Counted from the first letter of the stretch, positions 28,780 through 41,298 are shown. The stretch is 64,000 nucleotides of DNA from Alphaproteobacteria bacterium (GCA_021296325.1 JAGWAR010000001.1:151159-215158); one strand, 5' to 3'. Translations and numbers: made by a program. The notes: a model not told the origin generated them from the letters alone.

Positions 28780-29813
28780 TGGGAAAAACCGCCATCGTGC
28801 TTTTCAATCTGGGCGGGCCGGACCGGCCGGAAGCGGTGCAGCCGTTTCTGTTCAACCTGTTCAACGACCGCGCCATCCTGCGCCTGCCCCAACCCATGCG
28901 CTACGTTCTGGCGCGCCTGATTTCAAGCCGGCGCGCGCCGGTCGCCCGGGAAATCTACGCCCATCTCGGCGGTGGCTCGCCGATCCTGCCCTTCACGCAG
29001 GATCAGGCGCTGGCCCTTGAGGCGGCGCTGGCTTCCCGCGGCGAAGATCACGAATACCGCGCCTTTATTGCCATGCGCTACTGGCACCCGATGAGCCTGG
29101 AAACGGCGGCGGCGGTGAAGGCCTTTGCGCCGGACGAGGTCGTGCTGTTGCCGCTCTATCCGCAATTCTCGACGACGACGAGCGCCTCTTCCCTGGCGGC
29201 CTGGCAAAAAGCGGCCGCCACGGTGGGCCTGGAGGTGCCCGCTTACGCGGTCTGCTGCTATCCCTTGGCCTCCGGATTCTGCCGGGCCGTCGCCGGGTTG
29301 CTCGGTAAGACGCTTGACGAGCAGGGCGGGAAACCCCGCGTGCTTTTCTCGGCCCACGGGTTGCCGAAGAAGATCGTCGCGGCGGGCGATCCTTACGCGT
29401 GGCAGGTGAACGAAACGGCAAAGCGCGTCGTCGCGATCCTCGACCGTCCCGAACTTGACTGGACGGTCTGTTACCAGAGCAAGGTCGGGCCGCTGGAATG
29501 GACCGGGCCATCGCTTGACGACGAAATCAAGCGCGCCGCCAAAGACCGCGTCGCGGTTGTCGTCGTTCCGATCGCCTTCGTCTCGGAACATTCCGAGACG
29601 CTGGTCGAGCTTGACATCCAGTATCGCGAAATGGCGGCGGGCGAAGGCGTTCCGGGTTACGCGCGCGTGGCCACAGTGGGCAGCGCGCCGGAATTCGTGC
29701 AAGCCCTGGCCGAGCTTGCAACCCGGGCGCGGCAACGCGGGCTTGCCCTTGGGTCGGCAGACGGCGCGCGCTTTTGCCCGGAAAGCTTTTTAGGCTGTCC
29801 AAACCATGAATAA
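28779..29813 (+). CDS. hemH: Ferrochelatase
   Basis: NLGGP, MRYWHP, LYPQFS, FSAHGLP and FVSEHSETL. Confidence 0.97.
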   Translation: MGKTAIVLFNLGGPDRPEAVQPFLFNLFNDRAILRLPQPMRYVLARLISSRRAPVAREIYAHLGGGSPILPFTQDQALALEAALASRGEDHEYRAFIAMRYWHPMSLETAAAVKAFAPDEVVLLPLYPQFSTTTSASSLAAWQKAAATVGLEVPAYAVCCYPLASGFCRAVAGLLGKTLDEQGGKPRVLFSAHGLPKKIVAAGDPYAWQVNETAKRVVAILDRPELDWTVCYQSKVGPLEWTGPSLDDEIKRAAKDRVAVVVVPIAFVSEHSETLVELDIQYREMAAGEGVPGYARVATVGSAPEFVQALAELATRARQRGLALGSADGARFCPESFLGCPNHE

Positions 29814-29837
29814 ACGCAGGCCGCACGAAAGGAAGCG

Positions 29838-30290
29838 GTGATGGAAGCCTTGTTGACGGAAGGGTACGACTGGATTCGGGCTCTGCACGTTATTTCCGTC
29901 ATCGCCTGGATGGCGGGCATGCTTTACCTGCCGCGACTCTACGTGTACCACGCCGACGCCGCAGCCGGCGGCGAAGCTTCCGAGATGCTGAAGGTAATGG
30001 AACGCCGCCTGCTTCGCGTCATCATCAATCCGGCCATGCTTGCCGCCTTTCTTTTCGGCATTCTTTTGTTGCTGACCCCGGGCGTGGTGGACTGGTCGGC
30101 CGGGTGGATTTACGCGAAGCTTGCGCTTGTCTTCGGGATGGCGGGGTTTCACGGGCATCTTTCCAGATGGCGCAAGGATTTTGCGGCAGACCGCAACGAA
30201 CGGCCGGCCACGTTCTACCGAAAGGTGAACGAGGTGCCGACGGTGCTGATGATCGGGATCGTCATCCTGGTGGTCGTGAAACCCTTTTGA
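29838..30290 (+). CDS. hemJ: Protoporphyrinogen oxidase HemJ
   Basis: HVISVIAWMAGMLYLPRLYVYH, MERRL..IINPAM, NEVPT and VVKPF. Confidence 0.96.
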   Translation: MMEALLTEGYDWIRALHVISVIAWMAGMLYLPRLYVYHADAAAGGEASEMLKVMERRLLRVIINPAMLAAFLFGILLLLTPGVVDWSAGWIYAKLALVFGMAGFHGHLSRWRKDFAADRNERPATFYRKVNEVPTVLMIGIVILVVVKPF

Positions 30291-30327
30291 CGGCGCCGTC
30301 GCCCCGGACACGCCGCGAACTCCGGGT

Positions 30328-30356
30328 TTGACTTCCCGCCCCCCCTTCGGTACTGT
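30328..30356 (+). promoter_or_regulatory. Putative sigma70 promoter of rho
   Basis: TTGACT-N17-TACTGT, about 150 nt upstream of the rho ATG. Confidence 0.6.
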
Positions 30357-30514
30357 TTTTTGTCGAGCGGGGCATTCTCACCCGCACCTCATCTGAAAAT
30401 CGAAATGACTGCCGGACCTGTCCCGGGAGTCTATGAACAAGCTTCGAACCTTCAGGCCGCGCCTCGACCCTTCCCCGGCGATTGCCGCACCCCTCGCAAC
30501 CTAGATGAAATTCC

Positions 30515-31771
30515 ATGAAATTACAGGAACTTAAGACCAAAGCCCCGGCGGACCTTCTGGCCTTTGCCGAGGAGCTTCAGATCGAAAACGCAAGTTCGCT
30601 TCGCAAGCAGGACATGATGTTTGCGATCTTGAAGCAGTTGGCCGAGAACGACACCGCCATTTTCGGCGACGGTGTTCTCGAAATTCTTCAGGACGGATTC
30701 GGATTCCTGCGCTCGCCGGAGGCAAACTACCTTCCCGGCCCGGACGACATCTACGTCTCGCCGAGCCAGATCCGCCGCTTCGGCCTTCGCACGGGTGATA
30801 CCGTCGAAGGGCAGATCCGCGCCCCGAAGGATGGCGAGCGCTACTTCGCGCTTCTGAAAGTAAACGCCATCAACTTCGAGAAGCCCGAAGCCACCCGTCA
30901 CCGGATCAATTTCGACAACCTGACGCCGCTTTATCCGCAGGACAAAATCAGTCTCGAAATCGAAGATCCGAAAGTAAAGGACGTCACGTCACGGGTGATC
31001 GATCTCATCGCACCGCTTGGCAAGGGACAGCGCGCCCTGATCGTGGCGCCGCCGCGTACCGGCAAGACGATGATGCTGCAGAACATCGCCCACTCGATCA
31101 TGGCAAACCACGAAGAGTGCTATTTGATCGTTCTTCTGGTGGACGAACGTCCCGAAGAAGTGACCGACATGGCGCGCTCGGTGCGCGGCGAAGTGATCAG
31201 CTCGACCTTCGACGAACCGGCCGTGCGTCACGTACAGGTTGCCGAGATGGTGATCGAGAAGGCGAAGCGTCTCGTTGAGCACAAGCGCGACGTCATCATT
31301 CTTCTTGATTCGATCACGCGCCTGGCGCGCGCCTACAACTCCGTCGTGCCGTCTTCCGGCAAGGTGTTGACGGGCGGCGTCGACGCCAACGCGCTGCAGC
31401 GTCCAAAGCGTTTTTTCGGTGCCGCGCGGAATATCGAGGAAGGCGGATCGCTGACGATCGTTGCCACCGCGTTGATCGATACCGGCTCGCGCATGGACGA
31501 AGTGATCTTCGAAGAGTTCAAGGGCACGGGCAATTCGGAAATCATTCTCGACCGCAAGCTTTCCGACAAGCGCACCTTCCCGTCTATCGACATCACGAAA
31601 TCTGGCACCCGCAAGGAAGAGCTGCTGGTCGACAAGGGCCGGCTGTCGAAGATGTGGGTGCTGCGCCGCATCCTGATGCCGATGGGGCCGACGGATGGAA
31701 TGGAGTTCCTGCTCGACAAGCTGAAATCGACGAAGAACAACGACGACTTCTTCGACTCGATGAACACCTGA
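30515..31771 (+). CDS. rho: Transcription termination factor Rho
   Basis: [36 protein letters not shown] and [10 protein letters not shown]. Confidence 0.99.
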   Translation: MKLQELKTKAPADLLAFAEELQIENASSLRKQDMMFAILKQLAENDTAIFGDGVLEILQDGFGFLRSPEANYLPGPDDIYVSPSQIRRFGLRTGDTVEGQIRAPKDGERYFALLKVNAINFEKPEATRHRINFDNLTPLYPQDKISLEIEDPKVKDVTSRVIDLIAPLGKGQRALIVAPPRTGKTMMLQNIAHSIMANHEECYLIVLLVDERPEEVTDMARSVRGEVISSTFDEPAVRHVQVAEMVIEKAKRLVEHKRDVIILLDSITRLARAYNSVVPSSGKVLTGGVDANALQRPKRFFGAARNIEEGGSLTIVATALIDTGSRMDEVIFEEFKGTGNSEIILDRKLSDKRTFPSIDITKSGTRKEELLVDKGRLSKMWVLRRILMPMGPTDGMEFLLDKLKSTKNNDDFFDSMNT

Positions 31772-32758
31772 TCAGGGCCGAAAAATCGAAGCGCCCGTCG
31801 TTCGCCTGGCCTCGATGTCACGGTGGGCGTCGGCGGCATCCCGCAAGGCGTAGGTCTTGCGAATGTCAATGGTGAACACGCCGTTGCGCACGGCGTCGAA
31901 CACGTCCGCCGCCGTTCCGAGCAGGTCTTCCCGTTTCGCGATATAGGTGAACAGCGAAGGCCGCGTCAGAAAAAGCGACCCTTTTGCCATTAACTCGATA
32001 ACGTCGAACGGCGGAATCTTTCCCGAGGACTGTCCAAAACTTATCATGATTCCAAGATGTTGCAGGCAATCCAGAGAGCCTGCGAAGGTATCCCTTCCGA
32101 CCGAATCGTAGACGGCGGCAACGCCGGCACCGTTTGTCACCTCGCGCACGCGGGCGACGAAATCCTCTTCCCGGTAAAGGATCGGATGGTCGCAACCGTG
32201 ACGGGCGGCAAGCTCGGCCTTCGCCCTGCTTCCCACCGTGCCGAGGACGGTCGCCCCCAGATGCTTTGCCCACTGGCAGAGGATAAGGCCGACTCCGCCA
32301 GCCGCGGCATGCACGAGTATGATCTCCCCCTTTTTCACCCGATGGCTGCGGCGAAGCAGGTAGTGAGCGGTCATGCCCTTGACCATGAGGCCGGCGGCGC
32401 GCTCGTCAGGAAGGTCGTCCGGAAGCTTGACGAGGCTTGCGGCGGGAAGGAGGCGACGTTCCGCATAGGCGCCGAGCAATGGCGAGGCATAGGCTACGCG
32501 GTCGCCGGGACACAGCTCGCCCACGCCTTCGCCGACGGCTTCAACGATGCCCGCCGCCTCGACGCCCGGCACGGCGGGAAGGGAAGGCGCCGGGTAAAGC
32601 CCGCTTCGCACATAGGTGTCGTGGAAATTGAAACCAATCGCCGTGTGGCGAAGGCGCACCTCGCCGGGGGCGGGGGCCGCGATCGGCAGCGTTTCCCAAC
32701 GGAGGACCTCCGGCCCCCCGGTTTCACGAAAAGCGATGGCGCCGGTCGTTTCGACCAT
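31772..32758 (-). CDS. qor: NADPH:quinone oxidoreductase (zeta-crystallin/MDR family)
   Basis: GGPEVL, RSGLY, HAAAGGVG, YDSVG and KGSLFLTRP. Confidence 0.92.
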   Translation of the reverse strand: MVETTGAIAFRETGGPEVLRWETLPIAAPAPGEVRLRHTAIGFNFHDTYVRSGLYPAPSLPAVPGVEAAGIVEAVGEGVGELCPGDRVAYASPLLGAYAERRLLPAASLVKLPDDLPDERAAGLMVKGMTAHYLLRRSHRVKKGEIILVHAAAGGVGLILCQWAKHLGATVLGTVGSRAKAELAARHGCDHPILYREEDFVARVREVTNGAGVAAVYDSVGRDTFAGSLDCLQHLGIMISFGQSSGKIPPFDVIELMAKGSLFLTRPSLFTYIAKREDLLGTAADVFDAVRNGVFTIDIRKTYALRDAADAHRDIEARRTTGASIFRP

Positions 32759-32762
32759 GCGT

Positions 32763-33458
32763 TTAGGCTAGGTGTTCCTTCAGAAAATCGAAGGTGCGTT
32801 GATTGGCAAGCTCGGCCGCTTCCTGATTGTAGGTGACGCCTTTTTCGCGCGCGAAGGCGTGGTCGACCTTGGGGTAGGAATGAATCGTCACGAAGGTGCG
32901 GGAATGCAGAGCGCGCTTGATTTCCGCCTGGGCCTCCTTCGATACGAACTGGTCCGCTTCGGCGATGTGCAACATCAGCGGGCGCAGGATGGCGTTCGCT
33001 TCCTCGAGCGCTCCTTCGATGCCGACCCCGTAGTAGGAAACGGAGCAATCCGCATCCGAACGCGTCGCCATCAGATAGGCGAGCTTCCCGCCCAGGCAAT
33101 ACCCGACGGCGCCAACGCCGCCCTGGCACTCCGGCAGGTTGCGCAGGTAAAAGAGCGTGGCAATCAGATCCTGTACGCCTTTCGCCTCGTTGAAGCCCTG
33201 GTAGAGCGCGAAGGCCTGGTCCCATTCCTCCTGGCTTTGATCGGTGAGCTGGATGCCTGGCTCCTGACGCCAGAAGAGGTCCGGACAGGCAACGAGGAAT
33301 CCCGCCTTGGCAAAGCGGTCGGCCTTTTCCCGCATCTCCTTGTTGACGCCGAAGATTTCCTGGATGAGCACGAGGCCCGGCGCGGTGCTCGCCTTGGGCT
33401 TCGCGAGGTAGGCGGAAAACTCGCCTCCGTCGGAGGCGCGGATCGAGACGTCACTCAT
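32763..33458 (-). CDS. Dienelactone hydrolase family protein
   Basis: QEIFGVN, GYCLGG nucleophile motif, HAF. Confidence 0.92.
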   Translation of the reverse strand: MSDVSIRASDGGEFSAYLAKPKASTAPGLVLIQEIFGVNKEMREKADRFAKAGFLVACPDLFWRQEPGIQLTDQSQEEWDQAFALYQGFNEAKGVQDLIATLFYLRNLPECQGGVGAVGYCLGGKLAYLMATRSDADCSVSYYGVGIEGALEEANAILRPLMLHIAEADQFVSKEAQAEIKRALHSRTFVTIHSYPKVDHAFAREKGVTYNQEAAELANQRTFDFLKEHLA

Positions 33459-33533
33459 GGCTTCCCCCAGTTTGGGTTGCGCGGTTTTTCTACCCGGCTC
33501 TTCGGAAAAGGATATCCCCGGGGTGCCGCCTTG

Positions 33534-33998
33534 TCATCCGGGCCGGGCCTCGACGTGCACGCCCTCCAGGGCAAGCAGGCGCAGTTTCGTGCCGACCCCG
33601 CCTTTCGCGGAATAGCCGCCAAGCCCGCCATGGGTGCCGAGCACCCGGTGACAGGGGATGAAAATCGGAATGGGGTTGCGCGAGCTGGCACCGCCCACCG
33701 CCCGCGGCCCGCTCTTCAACGCCTTGGCGATATCGCCATAGCTTTGGGTCTTGCCGTAGGGGATCTTCAGCATGGATTGCCAGACAGCCTGCTGGAAGGC
33801 GGTGCCCTGGGGCGCAAGGGGCAGATCGAAATCCTGGCGCGTCCCCTCCAGGTAGGCGTTCAGCTGATCCCGCGCCTCGCAAAGAACCGGGGTTTCTTCG
33901 CCATTTTGCACGGTTCCCCAATAAAGCCCGGTGATCTTGCCGCCTTCTTCCGCGAGCGTGATCGCGCCGATCGGAGTCTCGAATGAAAGCTTTGACAT
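33534..33998 (-). CDS. ogt: Methylated-DNA-protein-cysteine methyltransferase
   Basis: GTAFQQAVW, IPYG, RAVG and the PCHRV active site; ATG 33998 after a GGAG RBS. Confidence 0.93.
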   Translation of the reverse strand: MSKLSFETPIGAITLAEEGGKITGLYWGTVQNGEETPVLCEARDQLNAYLEGTRQDFDLPLAPQGTAFQQAVWQSMLKIPYGKTQSYGDIAKALKSGPRAVGGASSRNPIPIFIPCHRVLGTHGGLGGYSAKGGVGTKLRLLALEGVHVEARPG

Positions 33999-34011
33999 CG
34001 TCTTCTCCTTG

Positions 34012-36045
<2,034 letters not shown>

Positions 36046-36164
36046 GAACGTCCCGGGGAAGCAGGTAAAATTGGCGGCATTGCTAGGGATTATCCCATGC
36101 CTTACTTTGCTTCGTAAGTGCCTTCTTCGTCCACGGACGAACCGGAACCAGAGAAACAAAACCG

Positions 36165-36515
36165 ATGTCCCGAGAACCGGAAGCCCCGCCGCTGCGTTAC
36201 CGCAAGCACGTCTTCGTTTGCATGAACGAACGCCCGGCCGACGATCCCAGGGGGTGTTGCGCGGCGAAGGGAAGTCCCGCGATCCGCGAATACATGAAGC
36301 GCCGCGCGAAAGAGCTTGGCCTCAGCGACATCCGGATCAACCAGGCAGGCTGTCTGGACGTGTGCGAGGCTGGCCCGGCCCTGGTCGTCTATCCGGAGGG
36401 CGTATGGTATCGCTGTGAAACAAAACGGGACGCCGATGAAATTCTTCTCGTCCACCTTCGGGATGACGGCCGCGTTCCCCGCCTGATGCTCGATCGCGAC
36501 GAAAAGAGCGGATAA
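36165..36515 (+). CDS. Thioredoxin-like [2Fe-2S] ferredoxin
   Basis: HVFVC...RGCC...[20 protein letters not shown]. Confidence 0.88.
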   Translation: MSREPEAPPLRYRKHVFVCMNERPADDPRGCCAAKGSPAIREYMKRRAKELGLSDIRINQAGCLDVCEAGPALVVYPEGVWYRCETKRDADEILLVHLRDDGRVPRLMLDRDEKSG

Positions 36516-36530
36516 GGGCAACCCACGCCC

Positions 36531-37865
36531 ATGCACCAGGACACGATCTTTGCCCTTGGCAGCGGACAGGCCCGTGCTGGGATCGCGGTGATTCGGATTT
36601 CCGGCGTGCGGGCGGGCGAGGCGCTGGCGCGTCTCTCCGGCGCCGCCCTGCCCGAGGCGCGCCGCGCGACCCGGGTCCGGCTTAGCGACCCCGAAACGGG
36701 CGAGGCGCTGGACAACGGCCTTGCCCTTTGGTTTCCGCCGCCGAAAAGCTTTACCGGCGAGGCGGTGGCCGAGCTGCACCTGCATGGCGGGCGGGCTTGC
36801 GTCGAGGGCGTGCTTGCCGCCCTGGCCCGCCTGCCGGGTCTGCGGCTCGCGGATCCCGGCGAATTTACCCGCCGCGCCTTCGAAAACGCCAAGCTCGACC
36901 TCACCGAGGTGGAGGGCCTGGCCGACCTGATCCAGGCGGAAACGGCGGCCCAACGCCGCCAGGCGCTGCGCCAGTTCGAAGGGGCGTTGGGCGAACGCAC
37001 CGAAGGCTGGCGGGAAACGCTGCTTCACGCCCTGGCCCGCATGGAGGCCGCTATCGATTTCGTGGATGAGGAATTGCCGCAGGACGTGATCGCCCGCGCC
37101 GGCGAAAGGGTTGAGAAAATTTCTGCGGAAATCCGCGCCCATCTCGACGACAACCGGCGGGGCGAGCGGCTGCGCGAAGGTTTCCGGATCGTGCTGCTGG
37201 GCGCGCCCAACGCCGGAAAATCGACGCTTCTCAACGCGATCGCCCAACGCGAGGCGGCGATCGTTTCGGAAGAGCCGGGTACGACCCGCGATATCGTCGA
37301 AGTCGGACTCGATCTCGGCGGCTTTCCGGTGGTGGTGGCCGACACCGCCGGCCTTCGGGAATCCGAAGGCGCGGTCGAGCAGGAAGGCGTGCGCCGCGCC
37401 CGGGCGCGCGCCCGGGAATCGGACCTAAGGATGACCTTGTTCGACGGAAAAATATGGCCGGCATGCGATCCGGAGACCCGGGCCCTGGTGGATGAAAACA
37501 CCCTGCCGGTCATCACGAAGGCGGACCTTCACGCAAAAATCGAAGACCCGCGCATCGGCGACGTTGCGGCGATCTCCCTTTCCGCCAAGACCGGGGAGGG
37601 CATGGACGTTCTTCTGAAGCGTCTGGAGAAGGAAATCACGGCCCGCATGGAAGGCAGCGAAACCGCGCCTTTGACGCGGCTTCGCCACCGGCGGCATCTG
37701 GAGGAATGCGTGGAGGCGCTCGAAAGATTCCCGAAGGCTACGGGGCCGGAGCTCGCGGCGGAGGATCTCCGCCTTGCCGTCCGCGCCCTTGGCCGGATCA
37801 CCGGCCGGGTCGACGTCGAGGAAGTGCTCGACCGGCTCTTCGCCGAGTTCTGCATCGGCAAGTAA
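36531..37865 (+). CDS. mnmE: tRNA modification GTPase MnmE
   Basis: SFTGE, GEFTRRAF, GAPNAGKS, GTTRD, DTAG and C-terminal FCIGK. Confidence 0.98.
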   Translation: MHQDTIFALGSGQARAGIAVIRISGVRAGEALARLSGAALPEARRATRVRLSDPETGEALDNGLALWFPPPKSFTGEAVAELHLHGGRACVEGVLAALARLPGLRLADPGEFTRRAFENAKLDLTEVEGLADLIQAETAAQRRQALRQFEGALGERTEGWRETLLHALARMEAAIDFVDEELPQDVIARAGERVEKISAEIRAHLDDNRRGERLREGFRIVLLGAPNAGKSTLLNAIAQREAAIVSEEPGTTRDIVEVGLDLGGFPVVVADTAGLRESEGAVEQEGVRRARARARESDLRMTLFDGKIWPACDPETRALVDENTLPVITKADLHAKIEDPRIGDVAAISLSAKTGEGMDVLLKRLEKEITARMEGSETAPLTRLRHRRHLEECVEALERFPKATGPELAAEDLRLAVRALGRITGRVDVEEVLDRLFAEFCIGK

Positions 37866-37884
37866 ATCCGACCCTCGGACCGTT

Positions 37885-37913
37885 TTGACAAGAATCGGGG
37901 CGGCGACTAGTTT
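37885..37913 (+). promoter_or_regulatory. Putative sigma70 promoter of mnmG (leaderless)
   Basis: TTGACA-N17-TAGTTT ending 7 nt before ATG 37920; no Shine-Dalgarno sequence. Confidence 0.6.
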
Positions 37914-37919
37914 GCCGCC

Positions 37920-39800
37920 ATGAAACCGGACCAGTACGACGTGATCGTGGTGGGTGGCGGCCACGCCGGCACCGAAGCGGCGGCGGCGGCGGCGCGGGCT
38001 GGCGCGCGCACGCTGTTGCTTACGCACCGGCTCGACACGATTGGCGAGATGTCCTGCAACCCGGCCATCGGGGGGGTCGGCAAGGGCCACCTGGTCCGCG
38101 AGATCGACGCCCTGGATGGCCTTATGGGCCGCGCCATTGACCGCGCCGGCATCCAGTTCCGCGTGCTCAACCGGAGCCGGGGCCCCGCCGTGCGCGGCCC
38201 CCGCGCCCAGGCCGACCGCAAGCTCTACAAGCGGGCGATGGCGGAAATCCTGAAGGCAATCCCCAATCTCGAGCTTCGCGCGGCGGCGGCGGGCGATCTC
38301 CTGCTCGATGAAAATAATAAGCAAATTCAAGGTGTTATTACGGAGGCCGGGGAGCGGATCCGGGCCGGCGCCGTGGTGCTTACGACCGGCACCTTCCTCG
38401 GCGGGCTGATCCACATCGGAACGAAGGCGATCCCGGCCGGCCGGGTCAGCGAGGCGGCTTCCTACGGGCTTTCGAGGACACTACACCGTGCAGGGTTCCG
38501 CCTGGGCCGGCTCAAGACCGGCACGCCGCCGCGGCTCGACGGGCAGACCATCGACTGGGCGGGGCTTACGCCCCAGCCGGGCGACGAACCGCCCGAGCCC
38601 TTTTCGATGCTGACCGAAAAGATCACAACGGAACAAATCGTCTGCCACCTCACCGGTACGACGCCGGAAAGCCACGCGCTGATTCGCCAGCACCTGCACC
38701 TTTCGCCGATCTATTCCGGACAGATCGCAAGCGCGGGCCCGCGTTACTGCCCCTCCATCGAAGACAAGGTCGTACGGTTCGCCGAACGCGAACGTCACCA
38801 GATTTTTCTCGAGCCGGAAGGACTGGACGACGCCACCGTTTATCCGAACGGCATTTCCACGTCGCTTCCGGAGGACGTGCAAACCGCGTTGCTGAAAACG
38901 ATTCCGGGTTTGGAACATGCGCGCATGTTGCGGCCCGGCTACGCCATCGAATACGATTACGTCGATCCGCGGGAGCTTACGCAAACCCTTGAAACAAAAA
39001 GGATTTTAGGACTTTTTCTGGCCGGGCAAATCAACGGGACAACGGGCTACGAGGAAGCCGGCGCGCAAGGCATCCTCGCCGGTTTTAACGCCGCCCTTTT
39101 TGTTTCGAAGAGCAATGCGTTCACGTTGGACCGCACCGACGCCTATATGGGCGTGCTGATCGACGATTTGATTACCCAGGGCGTGAGCGAGCCCTATCGT
39201 ATGTTTACTTCGCGCGCCGAATACCGGTTGAAGCTTCGCGCCGACAATGCCGATCAGCGATTGACCGAAAAGGGAATCGCCATCGGCGGCGTGGGCGCGA
39301 CGCGCGCGCGCCATTTCACGGAAAAACAAACCGCGCTTGTTCAGGCACGCGCACGGATGGAGGCCCTGTCGGCCACGCCGACCGAACTGGCGCGCCACGG
39401 CCTTGCCGTCAGCCGCGACGGCGTCCGGCGCCGCGCCGCCGCGTGGCTGGCCCATCCGGGGCTGAATCTGGAACGCCTGGCGGCGGTCTGGCCGGAAGTC
39501 GGAGATTTTCGCCGCGACGTCGCCGAGCAGCTCGAGATCGATGCCCGCTATGCCGCCTATTTCGAGCGTCAGGAGGCGGATATCTGCGCCTTTCGCCGGG
39601 ACGAGGCGCTGGAGCTGCCGGCGGATCTCGATTTCGGGGCCGTCGGCGGCCTTTCCAACGAGGCGCGGACAAAGCTCGCCTCCGCCCGCCCGGCCACGCT
39701 GGGCGCGGCGGCGCGGATCGCCGGCGTCACCCCGGCCGCGCTCACCGCGCTTCTCGCCCATGTCCGACGGAAATCCAGCCGCCGGTCACGGGTCGCCTGA
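37920..39800 (+). CDS. mnmG: tRNA uridine 5-carboxymethylaminomethyl modification enzyme MnmG (GidA)
   Basis: [26 protein letters not shown] and [12 protein letters not shown]. Confidence 0.99.
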   Translation: MKPDQYDVIVVGGGHAGTEAAAAAARAGARTLLLTHRLDTIGEMSCNPAIGGVGKGHLVREIDALDGLMGRAIDRAGIQFRVLNRSRGPAVRGPRAQADRKLYKRAMAEILKAIPNLELRAAAAGDLLLDENNKQIQGVITEAGERIRAGAVVLTTGTFLGGLIHIGTKAIPAGRVSEAASYGLSRTLHRAGFRLGRLKTGTPPRLDGQTIDWAGLTPQPGDEPPEPFSMLTEKITTEQIVCHLTGTTPESHALIRQHLHLSPIYSGQIASAGPRYCPSIEDKVVRFAERERHQIFLEPEGLDDATVYPNGISTSLPEDVQTALLKTIPGLEHARMLRPGYAIEYDYVDPRELTQTLETKRILGLFLAGQINGTTGYEEAGAQGILAGFNAALFVSKSNAFTLDRTDAYMGVLIDDLITQGVSEPYRMFTSRAEYRLKLRADNADQRLTEKGIAIGGVGATRARHFTEKQTALVQARARMEALSATPTELARHGLAVSRDGVRRRAAAWLAHPGLNLERLAAVWPEVGDFRRDVAEQLEIDARYAAYFERQEADICAFRRDEALELPADLDFGAVGGLSNEARTKLASARPATLGAAARIAGVTPAALTALLAHVRRKSSRRSRVA

Positions 39801-39809
39801 CGCCGCCCC

Positions 39810-40442
39810 GTGGGAACGGCTGCCCTCTCTCCACTAAAAATTGAAGAATTTCAATCACTTACCAATGTTTCACGTGAAACATGCGACCGTCTGGCGGCCT
39901 ATTTGCGGCTGTTGGAACGCTGGCAGCAGCGAATCAATCTGGTCGGGGCCGGGAGCCTCGCCGATCCCTGGCGCCGTCATTTCCTGGATTCGGCCCAGCT
40001 TCTGCCACTTCTGCCGAAAGCCGCCTGTTCCCTGGTCGATCTGGGCAGCGGCGCTGGCTTTCCCGGCCTGGTTCTGGGCATTCTTGGGGTGCCGGAAATC
40101 CATCTCGTGGAAAGCGACGGCCGGAAAGGCGCCTTCCTGCAAGAAGCCGCCCGGGAAACCGGGGTTTCCGCGGTGGTCCACGCAGACCGGATCGAGAATT
40201 TGACACCCTTTCCGGCCGATGTGGTGACAGCCAGGGCCCTTGCCCCCCTTGATTCCCTGCTTTCCCTGGCCCTGCCTTTCCTGGATTCGGGCGCTACCGG
40301 CCTTTTTTTGAAAGGCAGGGGCGTTTTTGAGGAATTGACCGTCGCTGAAAAAAGCTGGAAGATGGCGATCGAGCAATTTCCGAGTCAATCGGACCCTGAT
40401 GGGGTGATTCTTCGCTTGGGAAACCTCCGCCGTGTCACATGA
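39810..40442 (+). CDS. rsmG: 16S rRNA m7G527 methyltransferase RsmG (GidB)
   Basis: RHFLDS, DLGSGAGFPG and TARA; between mnmG and parA. Confidence 0.96.
   Translation: MGTAALSPLKIEEFQSLTNVSRETCDRLAAYLRLLERWQQRINLVGAGSLADPWRRHFLDSAQLLPLLPKAACSLVDLGSGAGFPGLVLGILGVPEIHLVESDGRKGAFLQEAARETGVSAVVHADRIENLTPFPADVVTARALAPLDSLLSLALPFLDSGATGLFLKGRGVFEELTVAEKSWKMAIEQFPSQSDPDGVILRLGNLRRVT
39866..39881. promoter_or_regulatory. parS centromere site
   Basis: Perfect palindrome TGTTTCACGTGAAACA, the universal parS consensus, upstream of parAB. Confidence 0.93.
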
Positions 40443-41298
40443 CACCATTTTTGCCGACCGTCCCGACGCCGCGCCCCGGGAAGCGGGCTTGCAGATCATT
40501 GCGATAGCGAATCAAAAAGGCGGGGTCGGAAAAACGACGACGGCCATCAACCTGGCCACGGGGCTTGCCGCAACTGGCAAGCGGGTCTGCGTGCTGGACC
40601 TCGATCCCCAGGGAAATGCCAGCACGGGATTGGGAATTGGCATGGAATTACGGGAGGTTACCTCCTATGACGTGCTGGCCGGCCAGTCCTCCGCCAAGGC
40701 CGCCATGGTGCCCACCCGGATCCCTGGATTGTGGGTTATTCCGGCTTCCGTAGATCTTTCCGGAGCCGAAATAGAATTGGTCGACGCCGAAAAGCGGGAA
40801 TATTTGCTGCACGGGGCGCTGCGGAATCGCCTCGACGCCATCGACTACGTGCTGATCGACTGCCCACCCGGCCTCGGCCTTCTGAGCCTCAACGCCCTGG
40901 TGGCGGCGGACGCCGTGCTGGTGCCGCTGCAATGCGAGTTTCTGGCGCTGGAGGGGTTGAGCCATCTCATCAAGACGATCGAACGCATCCGCCGCGCGCT
41001 GAATCCGAAGCTGAAACTGATGGGCGTCGTGCTCACCATGTTCGATCAGCGCAACATCCTGAGCAAATCCGTCGCCTCCGACGTGCGCGCCTATTTCGGA
41101 GAGGTCGTTTACGACACGATCATCCCGCGCAACGTCCGGGTTTCGGAAGCGCCGTCCCACGGCCTGCCCGTCCTGCTTTACGACCACCGTTCGACCGGCG
41201 CCCAGGCCTATATCCGGCTTGCCCGTGAAATCCTTCGCCGGGAACGCAGTGACGCAGTTGATCGGAAACCGGAAGAAGAAATGGAGGCACTTGGATGA
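40432..41298 (+). CDS. parA: Chromosome partitioning ATPase ParA
   Basis: NQKGGVGKTT, DLDPQGNAST, IDCPP and IPRNVRVSEAPSHG. Confidence 0.97.
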   Translation: MSHDTIFADRPDAAPREAGLQIIAIANQKGGVGKTTTAINLATGLAATGKRVCVLDLDPQGNASTGLGIGMELREVTSYDVLAGQSSAKAAMVPTRIPGLWVIPASVDLSGAEIELVDAEKREYLLHGALRNRLDAIDYVLIDCPPGLGLLSLNALVAADAVLVPLQCEFLALEGLSHLIKTIERIRRALNPKLKLMGVVLTMFDQRNILSKSVASDVRAYFGEVVYDTIIPRNVRVSEAPSHGLPVLLYDHRSTGAQAYIRLAREILRRERSDAVDRKPEEEMEALG

